This document shows, in pieces, positions 28,706 through 38,646 of a stretch of 41,481 nucleotides of DNA (positions within the stretch are counted from its first letter, which is position 1; each line of letters begins with the position of its first letter). The notes under the pieces were generated by a model, which made no database searches, was not told the origin of the DNA, and saw only the letters and a list, made by a program, of their open reading frames with translations. The position numbers were made by a program, and so were the translations under genes. Source of the stretch: a virus (taxonomy: Duplodnaviria > Heunggongvirae > Uroviricota > Caudoviricetes); the IMG/VR virus record IMGVR_UViG_2519103024_000007; one strand, given 5' to 3'.

Positions 28706-29938
28706 ATGAGTGACTATCATCATGGCGTGCAGGTGCTGGAGATTAACGACGGCACCCGCGTCATTTCCACCGTATCCACTGCCATTGTCGGCATGGTCTG
28801 CACGGCCAGCGATGCGGATGCGGAAACCTTCCCCCTCAATAAACCGGTGCTGATTACCAATGTGCAAAGCGCAATTGCAAAGGCCGGTAAAAAAGGCACG
28901 CTGGCGGCATCGTTGCAGGCCATCGCTGACCAGTCAAAACCGGTCACCGTTGTCGTGCGCGTGGAAGACTGCACCGGTGATGACGAGGAAACGAAACTCG
29001 CGCAGACCGTTTCCAATATCATCGGCACCACCGACGAAAACGGTCAGTACACCGGACTAAAAGCCCTGCTGGCGGCGGAGTCGGTAACCGGTGTTAAACC
29101 GCGTATTCTCGGTGTGCCGGGACTGGATACCAAAGAGGTGGCTGTTGCACTGGCATCCGTCTGTCAGAAGCTGCGCGCTTTCGGATATATCAGCGCATGG
29201 GGCTGTAAGACCATTTCCGAGGTGAAAGCCTACCGCCAGAATTTCAGCCAGCGTGAGCTGATGGTCATCTGGCCGGATTTCCTCGCATGGGATACGGTCA
29301 CCAGTACCACCGCTACCGCGTATGCCACCGCCCGTGCGCTGGGTCTGCGCGCTAAAATCGACCAGGAGCAGGGCTGGCATAAAACGCTGTCCAACGTCGG
29401 GGTAAACGGTGTTACCGGCATCAGCGCATCTGTATTCTGGGATTTGCAGGAGTCCGGCACCGATGCTGACCTGCTTAACGAGTCAGGCGTCACTACGCTG
29501 ATTCGCCGCGACGGTTTCCGATTCTGGGGTAACCGTACCTGCTCTGATGACCCGCTGTTCCTCTTTGAAAACTACACCCGCACCGCGCAGGTACTGGCTG
29601 ACACGATGGCTGAGGCGCACATGTGGGCGGTGGACAAGCCCATCACCGCAACGCTGATTCGCGACATCGTTGACGGCATCAATGCCAAATTCCGTGAGCT
29701 GAAAACAAACGGCTATATCGTGGATGCGACCTGCTGGTTCAGCGAAGAATCCAACGATGCGGAAACCCTCAAGGCCGGAAAACTGTATATCGACTACGAC
29801 TATACACCGGTGCCTCCTCTTGAAAACCTGACCCTGCGCCAGCGTATTACCGATAAATACCTGGCAAATCTGGTCACCTCGGTTAACAGCAATTATAAGG
29901 AGCCTGACCGATGGCAATGCCGCGCAAACTCAAGTTAA
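28706..29938 (+). CDS. FI: tail sheath protein
   Basis: 410 aa as read; 3' end overlaps FII by 28 nt, so the true stop may differ. Confidence 0.9.
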   Translation: MSDYHHGVQVLEINDGTRVISTVSTAIVGMVCTASDADAETFPLNKPVLITNVQSAIAKAGKKGTLAASLQAIADQSKPVTVVVRVEDCTGDDEETKLAQTVSNIIGTTDENGQYTGLKALLAAESVTGVKPRILGVPGLDTKEVAVALASVCQKLRAFGYISAWGCKTISEVKAYRQNFSQRELMVIWPDFLAWDTVTSTTATAYATARALGLRAKIDQEQGWHKTLSNVGVNGVTGISASVFWDLQESGTDADLLNESGVTTLIRRDGFRFWGNRTCSDDPLFLFENYTRTAQVLADTMAEAHMWAVDKPITATLIRDIVDGINAKFRELKTNGYIVDATCWFSEESNDAETLKAGKLYIDYDYTPVPPLENLTLRQRITDKYLANLVTSVNSNYKEPDRWQCRANSS

Positions 29939-30429
29939 TGAACGTCTTTCTGAACGGCTACAGCTATCAGGGCGTCGCGAAGTCCGTCACGCTACCAAAA
30001 CTGACCCGTAAGCTCGAAAACTATCGCGGTGCGGGGATGAACGGCAGCGCACCGGTAGACCTCGGCCTTGATGACGATGCGCTGTCAATGGAGTGGTCGC
30101 TCGGTGGCTTCCCGGATTCGGTTATCTGGGAGCTTTACGCCGCAACCGGTGTGGATTCCGTACCGATTCGTTTTGCAGGCTCTTACCAGCGCGACGATAC
30201 CGGCGAAACGGTGGCCGTCGAGGTGGTCATGCGTGGACGTCAGAAAGAAATCGACACCGGCGAGGGCAAACAGGGAGAAGACACCGAGTCGAAAATCTCC
30301 GTGGTCTGCACCTATTTCCGGCTGACGATGGACGGTAAGGAGCTGGTCGAAATCGACACCATCAACATGATTGAGAAGGTGAACGGCGTCGACCGGCTGG
30401 AGCAACACCGCCGCAATATCGGCCTGTGA
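29911..30429 (+). CDS. FII: tail tube protein
   Basis: 172 aa; position and length as P2 gpFII. Confidence 0.9.
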   Translation: MAMPRKLKLMNVFLNGYSYQGVAKSVTLPKLTRKLENYRGAGMNGSAPVDLGLDDDALSMEWSLGGFPDSVIWELYAATGVDSVPIRFAGSYQRDDTGETVAVEVVMRGRQKEIDTGEGKQGEDTESKISVVCTYFRLTMDGKELVEIDTINMIEKVNGVDRLEQHRRNIGL

Positions 30430-30485
30430 TTTTCATCCGGTCAGCCTGGCTGACCGGTTAACCCCGATTCAGAAGTGAGAAAACC

Positions 30486-30761
30486 ATGAACAAAGAAAAT
30501 GTGATTACCCTGGACAATCCGGTCAAGCGTGGTGAGCAGGTTATCGAACAGGTCACGCTGATGAAACCTAATGCCGGGACGCTGCGCGGTGTCAGTCTGG
30601 CTGCGGTCGCGAACTCCGAAGTCGATGCACTGATTAAGGTGCTGCCGCGCATGACGGCACCGATGCTGACCGAGCAGGAAGTCGCCGCGCTGGAACTGCC
30701 TGACCTTGTGGCGCTGGCCGGTAAGGTGGTCGGTTTTTTGTCGCCGAACTCGGTGCAGTGA
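30486..30761 (+). CDS. E: tail assembly chaperone E
   Basis: 91 aa, immediately upstream of the tape measure gene. Confidence 0.85.
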   Translation: MNKENVITLDNPVKRGEQVIEQVTLMKPNAGTLRGVSLAAVANSEVDALIKVLPRMTAPMLTEQEVAALELPDLVALAGKVVGFLSPNSVQ

Positions 30762-30913
30762 CGCTTCCGAAAAATCTGTCGGTCGATGACCTGATGGCGG
30801 ATGTGGCAGTGATATTTCACTGGCCGCCATCAGAACTGTATCCCATGAGCCTGACCGAACTCATCACATGGCGCGAAAAGGCGCTCAGGCGAAGCGGAAA
30901 CACGAATGAGTAA
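30486..30913 (+). CDS. E': E+E' fusion made by programmed -1 frameshift at TTTTTTG (30734-30740)
   Basis: Slippery heptamer near the end of E; the -1 frame is open from 30737 to a TAA at 30911-30913, overlapping the start of T; analogous to lambda G/GT. Confidence 0.7.
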
Positions 30914-33353
30914 CAATGTAAAATTACAGGTATTGCTCAGGGCTGTTGACCAGGCGTCCCGCCCGTTTAAATCCATCCGCACAGCGAGTAAGTTGCTGTC
31001 GGGGGATATCCGGGAAACACAAAAATCACTGCGCGAGCTGAACGGTCACGCATCCCGTATTGAGGGATTCCGCAAGACCAGTGCACAGCTCGCCGTGACT
31101 GGTCATGCACTTGAAAAGGCACGGCAGCAGGCCGAAGCCCTTGCCACACAGTTTAAAAACACCGAACGCCCGACCCGTGCTCAGGCGAAAGTGCTGGAAT
31201 CCGCAAAGCGTGCGGCGGAGGACTTACAGGCGAAATATAACCGCCTGACAGATTCCGTTAAACGCCAGCAGCGGGAACTGGCCGCTGTGGGAATTAATAC
31301 CCGCAATCTTGCACATGATGAGCAGGGACTGAAAAACCGTATCAGTGAAACCACCGCCCAGCTTAACCGGCAGCGTGACGCGCTGGCGCGTGTCAGTGCG
31401 CAACAGGCAAAACTTAACGCAGTCAAACAGCGTTATCAGGCCGGAAAGGAACTGGCCGGAAATATGGCCTCAGTGGGCGCTGCCGGTGTGGGGATTGCGG
31501 CGGCGGGAACGATGGCCGGTGTTAAGCTGCTGATGCCCGGTTATGAGTTTGCGCAGAAAAACTCAGAATTACAGGCCGTGCTCGGTGTGGCAAAAGATTC
31601 TGCCGAAATGGCCGCGCTACGCAAACAGGCGCGCCAGCTCGGCGACAACACAGCCGCCTCGGCGGATGATGCTGCCGGTGCGCAGATTATCATTGCGAAA
31701 GCCGGTGGGGATGTTGATGCCATTCAGGCGGCAACGCCGGTCACGCTGAATATGGCGCTGGCGAACCGCCGCACGATGGAAGAAAACGCCGCCCTGCTGA
31801 TGGGGATGAAATCCGCCTTTCAGCTTTCAAACGATAAGGTCGCTCATATCGGGGATGTTCTCTCCATGACGATGAACAAAACCGCCGCCGATTTTGACGG
31901 TATGAGCGATGCGCTGACCTATGCCGCACCTGTGGCAAAAAATGCCGGTGTCAGCATTGAAGAAACAGCCGCAATGGTCGGGGCGCTGCATGATGCAAAA
32001 ATTACCGGTTCAATGGCGGGAACGGGAAGCCGTGCCGTGTTAAGCCGCCTGCAGGCACCGACGGGAAAAGCATGGGATGCACTCAAAGAGCTTGGTGTGA
32101 AAACCTCAGACAGTAAGGGAAACACCCGACCAGTATTTACCATTCTGAAAGAAATGCAGGCCAGTTTTGAGAAAAACCGGCTCGGTACTGCCCAGCAGGC
32201 TGAATACATGAAAACCATTTTCGGGGAGGAGGCCAGTTCAGCCGCCGCCGTGCTGATGACTGCCGCCTCAACCGGAAAGCTGGACAAACTGACCGCTGCG
32301 TTTAAAGCCTCAGACGGAAAGACCGCAGAACTGGTAAATATCATGCAGGACAACCTCGGCGGTGACTTTAAGGAGTTTCAGTCCGCTTATGAGGCGGTGG
32401 GGACTGACCTGTTTGACCAGCAGGAAGGCGCACTGCGTAAGCTCACGCAGACGGCCACAAAGTATGTGTTAAAACTCGACGGCTGGATCCAGAAAAACAA
32501 ATCACTGGCGTTAACCATTGGCCTAATTGCCGGTGGTGCACTGGCGCTGACTGGCATCATTGGTGCCATTGGCCTCGTAGCCTGGCCGGTTATCACCGGC
32601 ATCAATGCTATTATCGCGGCAGCAGGCGCAATGGGGGCAATCTTCACGACGGTTGGCAGTGCTGTTATGACGGCCATCGGGGCGATTAGCTGGCCGGTTG
32701 TGGCCGTGGTGGCTGCCATTGTCGCCGGGGCGTTGCTTATCCGTAAATACTGGGAGCCTGTCAGCGCATTCTTTGGCGGTGTGGTTGAAGGGCTGAAAGC
32801 GGCATTTGCGCCGGTGGGGGAGCTGTTCACGCCACTTAAGCCGGTGTTTGACTGGCTGGGCGAAAAGTTACAGGCCGCGTGGCAGTGGTTTACAAACCTG
32901 ATTGCTCCGGTTAAAGCCACCCGGGACACCCTGAACCGTTGCCGTGACACGGGCGTCATGTTCGGGCAGGCACTGGCTGACGCGCTGATGCTGCCGCTTA
33001 ATGCGTTCAACAAACTGCGCAGCGGTATTGACTGGGTACTGGAAAAACTCGGTGTTATCAACAAAGAGTCAGACACACTTGACCAGACCGCCGCCAGAAC
33101 TCATGCCGCCACGTATGGCACCGGTGGTTATATTCCGGCGACCAGCTCTTATGCAGGCTATCAGGCTTATCAGCCGGTCACGGCACCGGCTGGCCGCTCT
33201 TATGTGGACCAGAGTAAAAACGAATATCACATCAGCCTGACGGGTGGTACTGCGCCGGGGACACAGCTTGACCGCCAGTTACAGGATGCGCTCGAAAAAT
33301 ACGAGCGGGATAAACGTGCGCGCGCCCGTGCCAGCATGATGCATGACGGTTAA
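30906..33353 (+). CDS. T: tail tape measure protein
   Basis: 815 aa, coiled-coil N-terminal half and Gly/Ala-rich hydrophobic segment; length as P2 gpT. Confidence 0.9.
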   Translation: MSNNVKLQVLLRAVDQASRPFKSIRTASKLLSGDIRETQKSLRELNGHASRIEGFRKTSAQLAVTGHALEKARQQAEALATQFKNTERPTRAQAKVLESAKRAAEDLQAKYNRLTDSVKRQQRELAAVGINTRNLAHDEQGLKNRISETTAQLNRQRDALARVSAQQAKLNAVKQRYQAGKELAGNMASVGAAGVGIAAAGTMAGVKLLMPGYEFAQKNSELQAVLGVAKDSAEMAALRKQARQLGDNTAASADDAAGAQIIIAKAGGDVDAIQAATPVTLNMALANRRTMEENAALLMGMKSAFQLSNDKVAHIGDVLSMTMNKTAADFDGMSDALTYAAPVAKNAGVSIEETAAMVGALHDAKITGSMAGTGSRAVLSRLQAPTGKAWDALKELGVKTSDSKGNTRPVFTILKEMQASFEKNRLGTAQQAEYMKTIFGEEASSAAAVLMTAASTGKLDKLTAAFKASDGKTAELVNIMQDNLGGDFKEFQSAYEAVGTDLFDQQEGALRKLTQTATKYVLKLDGWIQKNKSLALTIGLIAGGALALTGIIGAIGLVAWPVITGINAIIAAAGAMGAIFTTVGSAVMTAIGAISWPVVAVVAAIVAGALLIRKYWEPVSAFFGGVVEGLKAAFAPVGELFTPLKPVFDWLGEKLQAAWQWFTNLIAPVKATRDTLNRCRDTGVMFGQALADALMLPLNAFNKLRSGIDWVLEKLGVINKESDTLDQTAARTHAATYGTGGYIPATSSYAGYQAYQPVTAPAGRSYVDQSKNEYHISLTGGTAPGTQLDRQLQDALEKYERDKRARARASMMHDG

Positions 33354-33367
33354 GGAGGTGACGAAAA

Positions 33368-33847
33368 ATGATGCTCGCGTTAGGTATGTTTGTTTTTATG
33401 CGCCAGACGCTGCCACACCAGACCATGCAGCGTGAATCAGATTATCGCTGGGCGTCAAATTCCCGTATCGGCAAACGGGATGCCTTTCAGTTTCTCGGTG
33501 TTGGCGAGGAAAATATCACGCTTGCCGGTGTGCTTTATCCCGAACTGACCGGCGGCAAGCTGACGATGACCACGCTCAGGCTGATGGCTGAGGAAGGCCG
33601 GGCGTGGCCGTTGCTGGATGGCACCGGCATGATTTACGGCATGTATGTCATCAGCAGGGTGAGTGAAACAGGGAGTATTTTCTTTGCAGACGGCACACCC
33701 CGGAAAATTGATTTTACGCTGTCGCTCACCCGCGTTGATGAATCACTGGCCGCGCTTTATGGCGATATCGGTAAACAGGCAGAATCGCTCATCGGTAAGG
33801 CTGGCAGTATGGCGACTAAATTCACGGATATGACGGGGGCGGGATAA
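33368..33847 (+). CDS. U: tail protein U
   Basis: 159 aa; position and length as P2 gpU. Confidence 0.9.
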   Translation: MMLALGMFVFMRQTLPHQTMQRESDYRWASNSRIGKRDAFQFLGVGEENITLAGVLYPELTGGKLTMTTLRLMAEEGRAWPLLDGTGMIYGMYVISRVSETGSIFFADGTPRKIDFTLSLTRVDESLAALYGDIGKQAESLIGKAGSMATKFTDMTGAG

Positions 33848-35010
33848 TGCTGGATGCACTGACATTTGATGCAGGCAGTACGCTGACGCCGGATTACATG
33901 CTGATGCTCGACAACAGGGATATTACCGGCAATATCAGCGACCGTCTGATGAGCATGACCCTGACGGATAACCGGGGCTTTGAGGCTGACCAGCTTGATA
34001 TTGAACTGAACGATGCCGACGGGCAGGTCGGGCTGCCGGTTCGTGGCGCTGTCCTGACGGTGTATATCGGCTGGAAAGGTTTTGCCCTGGTATGCAAAGG
34101 GAAATTTACCGTTGATGAGGTTGAACACCGGGGCGCACCGGATGTGGTCACCATCCGCGCCCGGAGTGCAGATTTTCGCGGGACGCTCAATTCCCGCCGT
34201 GAAGGCTCCTGGCATGACACCACGCTCGGTGCGATTGTTGAAGCGATAGCCTCCCGTAACAGGCTGGAAGCCAGTGTCGCTCCGTCACTGGCCGGAATTA
34301 AAATCCCGCACATCGACCAGTCGCAGGAGTCTGATGCAAAATTCCTGACCCGCCTTGCTGAACGCAACGGCGGTGAGGTGTCGGTAAAAATGGGAAAACT
34401 GTTGTTTCTCAAGGCGGGGCAGGGGGTGACGGCCAGCGGTAAAAAAATCCCGCAGATTACCATCACCCGCAGCGACGGCGACCGCCATCATTTTGCGATT
34501 GCTGACCGTGGAGCCTATACCGGCGTAACGGCAAAGTGGTTACACACCAAAGACCCGAAGCCACAAAAGCAGAAGGTAAAACTGAAACGCAAAAAGAAAG
34601 AGAAACACCTGCGCGCACTGGAGCACCCGAAAGCGAAACCAGTCACGCAGAAGAAAGCGCCAAAAGTACCGGAAGCGCGCGAAGGTGAATACATGGCAGG
34701 TGAGGCTGACAATGTTTTTGCCCTGACCGCGGTATATGCCACGAAAGCGCAGGCCATGCGCGCCGCTCAGGCGAAGTGGGATAAGCTGCAACGGGGCGTT
34801 GCGGAGTTCTCCATCAGCCTGGCTACCGGTCGGGCAGATATTTACACGGAAACACCGGTTAAAGTGTCAGGCTTTAAGCGCGTCATAGACGAGCAGGACT
34901 GGACAATCACTAAGGTGACACATTTTCTGAATAATAGCGGCTTCACGACGTCCTTGGAGCTTGAGGTCAGGCTTTCTGATGTGGAGTACGAAACAGAAGA
35001 TGATGAGTGA
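33847..35010 (+). CDS. D: tail protein D
   Basis: 387 aa; position and length as P2 gpD. Confidence 0.9.
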   Translation: MLDALTFDAGSTLTPDYMLMLDNRDITGNISDRLMSMTLTDNRGFEADQLDIELNDADGQVGLPVRGAVLTVYIGWKGFALVCKGKFTVDEVEHRGAPDVVTIRARSADFRGTLNSRREGSWHDTTLGAIVEAIASRNRLEASVAPSLAGIKIPHIDQSQESDAKFLTRLAERNGGEVSVKMGKLLFLKAGQGVTASGKKIPQITITRSDGDRHHFAIADRGAYTGVTAKWLHTKDPKPQKQKVKLKRKKKEKHLRALEHPKAKPVTQKKAPKVPEAREGEYMAGEADNVFALTAVYATKAQAMRAAQAKWDKLQRGVAEFSISLATGRADIYTETPVKVSGFKRVIDEQDWTITKVTHFLNNSGFTTSLELEVRLSDVEYETEDDE

Positions 35011-35091
35011 TGTTTTTATTTTATCTATTTGTTTTATAAGGATAAATTAACTAAAATAGCACCATCAACAAAACCGGAAGAGGTGCTCGCG

Positions 35092-35310
35092 ATGTTTCAT
35101 TGTCCTTTATGCCAGCATGCCGCACATGCGCGTACAAGCCGCTATATCACTGACACGACAAAAGAGCGTTATCACCAGTGTCAGAACGTGAATTGCAGCG
35201 CCACATTCATCACTTATGAGTCGGTACAGCGATACATCGTGAAGCCGGGAGAAGTCCACGCCGTAAGACCGCACCCGTTGCCGTCAGGGCAGCAAATTAT
35301 GTGGATGTAA
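35092..35310 (+). CDS. ogr: late-gene transcription activator Ogr (zinc finger)
   Basis: 72 aa from ATG 35092; Cx2C-N22-Cx4C (CPLCQ...CQNVNC); last prophage gene before attR. Confidence 0.85.
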   Translation: MFHCPLCQHAAHARTSRYITDTTKERYHQCQNVNCSATFITYESVQRYIVKPGEVHAVRPHPLPSGQQIMWM

Positions 35311-35323
35311 TTACAAACAGGAA

Positions 35324-35347
35324 GCCCCTCAGTCGAGGGGCTTTTTT
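35324..35347 (+). terminator. rho-independent terminator after ogr
   Basis: GCCCCTC-agtc-GAGGGGC followed by TTTTTT. Confidence 0.6.
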
Positions 35348-35411
35348 GTCGATGTGGTCAATGTGTGGACGTGACCAGAAATAAATCCTTTTATTTCATT
35401 GTGTTACGCGT

Positions 35412-35438
35412 AAAAAATAAGCCTGCGTAAGGGAGATT
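35412..35438. repeat. prophage attR core (27 bp, 2 substitutions versus attL)
   Basis: AAAAAATAAGCCtGcGTAAGGGAGATT; overlaps the 3' terminator of cyaR. Confidence 0.7.
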
Positions 35439-35498
35439 ACACAGGCTAAGGAGGTGGTTCCTGGTACAGCTAGCATTTTATGGGTTATGTTTTTCAGC
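35412..35498 (-). ncRNA. cyaR: CyaR (RyeE) small regulatory RNA
   Basis: Reverse complement reads GCTGAAAAACATAACCCATAAAATGCTAGCTGTACCAGGAACCACCTCCTTAGCCTGTGTAATCTCCCTTACGCAGGCTTATTTTTT, matching the E. coli CyaR sequence as I recall it except for two bases in the terminator arm; 87 nt ending in U6. Confidence 0.8.
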
Positions 35499-35532
35499 GA
35501 AACGGATGATAACCTTAATAAATGCAGCTGTA

Positions 35533-35548
35533 TGTGATCGGTTTCTAA
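35533..35548. promoter_or_regulatory. candidate CRP site (TGTGA-N6-TCTAA) for the cyaR promoter
   Basis: Centred about 42 nt upstream of the cyaR 5' end, with a TATCAT -10-like hexamer at 35506-35511 (minus strand); CyaR is known to be CRP-activated. Confidence 0.45.
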
Positions 35549-35582
35549 GAATTTTCCATCCGGGAAAAATAATCGAAATTAA

Positions 35583-36944
35583 TCACTTACCGTGGGGGTT
35601 ACGCGTGGTTTCCCCGGAGAAATTACGCATCAGCAGCGCGTAATTTAGCTCAAGATCCTGCGGCACCGGGAGCCACACAGTATAACCATCGCCTGGTGCG
35701 ACCGGCATCGCTTCACCTTTGGCGTTTTCCATATGCTCAAGGGTAAAGTTAATGTTGCCTTGCGGCGTCATCAGCTCAAGGCTGTCGCCAACGGAGAATT
35801 TATTTTTCACCGCTACCGCCGCGAGCTCCCCCTTGCGCTCACCGGTAAACTCACCAACAAACTGCTGGCGGTCAGAAACCGAATAACCGTATTCGTAGTT
35901 CTGATAATCGTCGTGGGTATGACGACGCAGGAAACCTTCGGTATAGCCACGATGCGCCAGACCTTCCAGCGTTTCCAGCAGGCTGGTATCGAACGGTTTG
36001 CCCGCAGCGGCGTCATCGATAGCTTTACGGTAAACCTGCGCGGTGCGTGCGCAATAGTAGAAAGATTTGGTACGGCCTTCGATTTTCAGCGAATGCACGC
36101 CCATTTTGGTCAGGCGTTCAACATGGGCGATGGCGCGCAGATCTTTCGAGTTCATGATGTAAGTGCCGTGCTCATCTTCAAACGCGGTCATATACTCGCC
36201 CGGACGCTGGGCTTCTTCGATCATAAACACTTTGTCGGTTGGCGCGCCGATACCCAGCGTCGGCTCAACATTTTGCACCGGAATCGGCTCGTACTTGTGT
36301 ACGATGTTGCCGACGTCATCTTCTTTCCCTTCCTGGACATTGTACTCCCAGCGGCAGGCGTTGGTGCAGGTGCCCTGGTTCGGGTCGCGCTTGTTGATAT
36401 AGCCAGAGAGCAGGCAGCGACCGGAGTAGGCCATGCACAGCGCGCCGTGAACGAAGATTTCGATCTCCATATCCGGCACCTGATTGCGGATCTCTTCAAT
36501 CTCTTCCAGTGACAGTTCGCGAGAGAGGATCACGCGGGTCAGACCCATTTGCTGCCAGAATTTCACCGTCGCCCAGTTTACGGCGTTAGCCTGTACCGAG
36601 AGGTGGATTGGCATTTCCGGGAAGTGTTCACGCACCAGCATAATCAGCCCTGGATCGGACATAATCAGCGCATCCGGCCCCATTTCCACCACCGGTTTCA
36701 GGTCACGGATAAAGGTTTTCAGCTTGGCGTTGTGCGGTGCAATGTTGACCACGACATAAAACTTTTTCCCCAGCGCGTGGGCTTCATTGATGCCGAGCTG
36801 AAGATTTTCGTGGTTGAATTCGTTGTTGCGTACACGCAGGGAGTAACGCGGCTGGCCCGCATAAACAGCATCTGCGCCATAAGCGAAAGCGTAACGCATA
36901 TTTTTCAGCGTTCCCGCCGGGGAAAGGAGTTCCGGTTTAAACAT
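35583..36944 (-). CDS. yegQ: peptidase U32-family protein YegQ / TrhP
   Basis: 453 aa, MFKPELLSPAGTLKNMRYAFAYGADAVYAG... with U32 Cys-rich motif; host gene beside cyaR. Confidence 0.85.
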   Translation of the reverse strand: MFKPELLSPAGTLKNMRYAFAYGADAVYAGQPRYSLRVRNNEFNHENLQLGINEAHALGKKFYVVVNIAPHNAKLKTFIRDLKPVVEMGPDALIMSDPGLIMLVREHFPEMPIHLSVQANAVNWATVKFWQQMGLTRVILSRELSLEEIEEIRNQVPDMEIEIFVHGALCMAYSGRCLLSGYINKRDPNQGTCTNACRWEYNVQEGKEDDVGNIVHKYEPIPVQNVEPTLGIGAPTDKVFMIEEAQRPGEYMTAFEDEHGTYIMNSKDLRAIAHVERLTKMGVHSLKIEGRTKSFYYCARTAQVYRKAIDDAAAGKPFDTSLLETLEGLAHRGYTEGFLRRHTHDDYQNYEYGYSVSDRQQFVGEFTGERKGELAAVAVKNKFSVGDSLELMTPQGNINFTLEHMENAKGEAMPVAPGDGYTVWLPVPQDLELNYALLMRNFSGETTRNPHGK

Positions 36945-37385
36945 AATTCTCTCGTTCTGATGACAGGTCAGAGCCGCTTCACCTGATGAAGCGGTTAGGG
37001 GAGTGCCCCCACTTTAAGGGCGGGCATTGTAGCGCAATCGGCGGGTTTAGCTCCAGTGTAAATGTGAGGGGAGAAGTGGCAGAGATGGGAGTATCTACAC
37101 GAAATCTTCATGTAGTGATAAAAGAAAAAGTTGACGATACTGACTACTTTCCTGAATGTTCATCCCCTGATAATTATGAATGTATTTGCCGTCCTCTTAC
37201 AGCCTGAATTATTGAGGATGTAAAATAATGTCATTTATCTCAATTATTCACTAAAATAAACTGCAAATATAAGACATAATTTCCAAAGTTTGTGACGCTG
37301 CCACTATTGAGTTTACGTTATTTTCTTGAGTGGCTTACTTGAGTATGTACCTGCAACCATGCTGATTTAGATAAAAAATCTATAG

Positions 37386-37414
37386 TCAACAATTATTGCT
37401 TTGAGTGATATAAT
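37386..37414 (+). promoter_or_regulatory. candidate sigma70 promoter (TCAACA-17-TATAAT) for the terminal three-gene operon
   Basis: -35-like TCAACA 37386-37391, 17-nt spacer, TATAAT 37409-37414, ATG at 37432. Confidence 0.35.
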
Positions 37415-37431
37415 AAACACGGGCGGATGTT

Positions 37432-38646
37432 ATGACTGGAAATATTCACCAGAATTATAATGCAAGGGATGTAATTAATGCCCCGGAAGTAAAAACAGCA
37501 ATTTTGCAAAGAAGTCTGTTTCGCCAGGATAATGAGACCATCCAAAAATGGTTACTCAACCATTTTTATCGATGGCTAATTAGTGACTTTCCAATGGTGC
37601 AACAAATTAACTCGCTTGCAGAATATTCACTGTTTAATAAAAATGATGATGTAATCCCGGAATGGCTGGTATCGAAGTTTAATACTGCCTCAGTATCAAC
37701 TGCGACACTTTATTATATCGAAACCGATCATCAACAAATATTAACCAAAGAACGGGAGTTGGTGGAATTTCTTTCCAGGAAATGTGGTACCCGTCTGGAA
37801 TCAAAACTACAGCGCATAACCTGCTACGTTGCGTTCAGAATGCGTGAAGAAGAGCATGAAAAGATGCTTCAACGACGCGAGAAAGGGTGGCAGCCGAGTG
37901 AACAAAATACTGTAAAGTCAATACTTGATGTGCCAGACGGAAAAATTGTTGAGTTTGATGCCAGTCATTCGAACCTTCGTCGTGAAATGGCTTATGAATC
38001 ATGGCATATGCAACATTGCGTAGGCCAGTTTGATGATCGAAAAAATCTTACCGGTGGTTATGGTGAGTATTATGCAAATCAAATTGAGCAACATAAATTA
38101 CGGTTATTCAGTTTGCGTGATAATAATAATATTCCTCATGTTACTATTGCTCTCAATGTTGTTGGTGATTCACTTGAAATTGATCAAATAAAAGGTAAGC
38201 AAAATCGTCATCCAGTTAAAAAATATGCGGACGATGTTTTGTCTCTTTTGCAACTATTATCACCACAAGCAGTTCGACATAGTGATTGTGAAGGTATGGG
38301 TATTGTTTATGAAAATACACCTGAATATCAGGGGTGGAAATATGTAACGGAAGTATACGAAACCAGTTTTTTACTAAGCGTACTACATAATAACTTTCAT
38401 TTATTAGAACATTTTACAAATCCTTCAGTGGAGTTGCAGTGGTTACTGTTACACAGCGCACCTGATAAGTTACATTATCTTAATGCTATTGACCCTATAG
38501 TTGCTACTTCTGCGGAAATGTTATTCCCTGGCGCTGAGTGGCATCCGCAATTTGCAGGTCAAAATATCAGCAACATTTCCTTTGAGATAGAGAGTTTGAC
38601 ATTACAGACATCTCATTACTTACCCCTGTCAGAGGTTGAAAAATAA
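37432..38646 (+). CDS. hypothetical protein, 404 aa, possible PcfJ-like domain
   Basis: AT-rich ORF; the segment ESWHMQHCVGQF...LFSLRD...IDQIKGKQN resembles what I recall of the PcfJ-like domain; tentative. Confidence 0.55.
   Translation: MTGNIHQNYNARDVINAPEVKTAILQRSLFRQDNETIQKWLLNHFYRWLISDFPMVQQINSLAEYSLFNKNDDVIPEWLVSKFNTASVSTATLYYIETDHQQILTKERELVEFLSRKCGTRLESKLQRITCYVAFRMREEEHEKMLQRREKGWQPSEQNTVKSILDVPDGKIVEFDASHSNLRREMAYESWHMQHCVGQFDDRKNLTGGYGEYYANQIEQHKLRLFSLRDNNNIPHVTIALNVVGDSLEIDQIKGKQNRHPVKKYADDVLSLLQLLSPQAVRHSDCEGMGIVYENTPEYQGWKYVTEVYETSFLLSVLHNNFHLLEHFTNPSVELQWLLLHSAPDKLHYLNAIDPIVATSAEMLFPGAEWHPQFAGQNISNISFEIESLTLQTSHYLPLSEVEK

Noticed and set aside
36974-37207. Cys-rich 73-aa ORF (36986-37207) and an 8-bp-stem hairpin (36974-36994) upstream of yegQ
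   Set aside because: No RBS and it lies in the yegQ leader/promoter region; cannot distinguish a small protein from chance.
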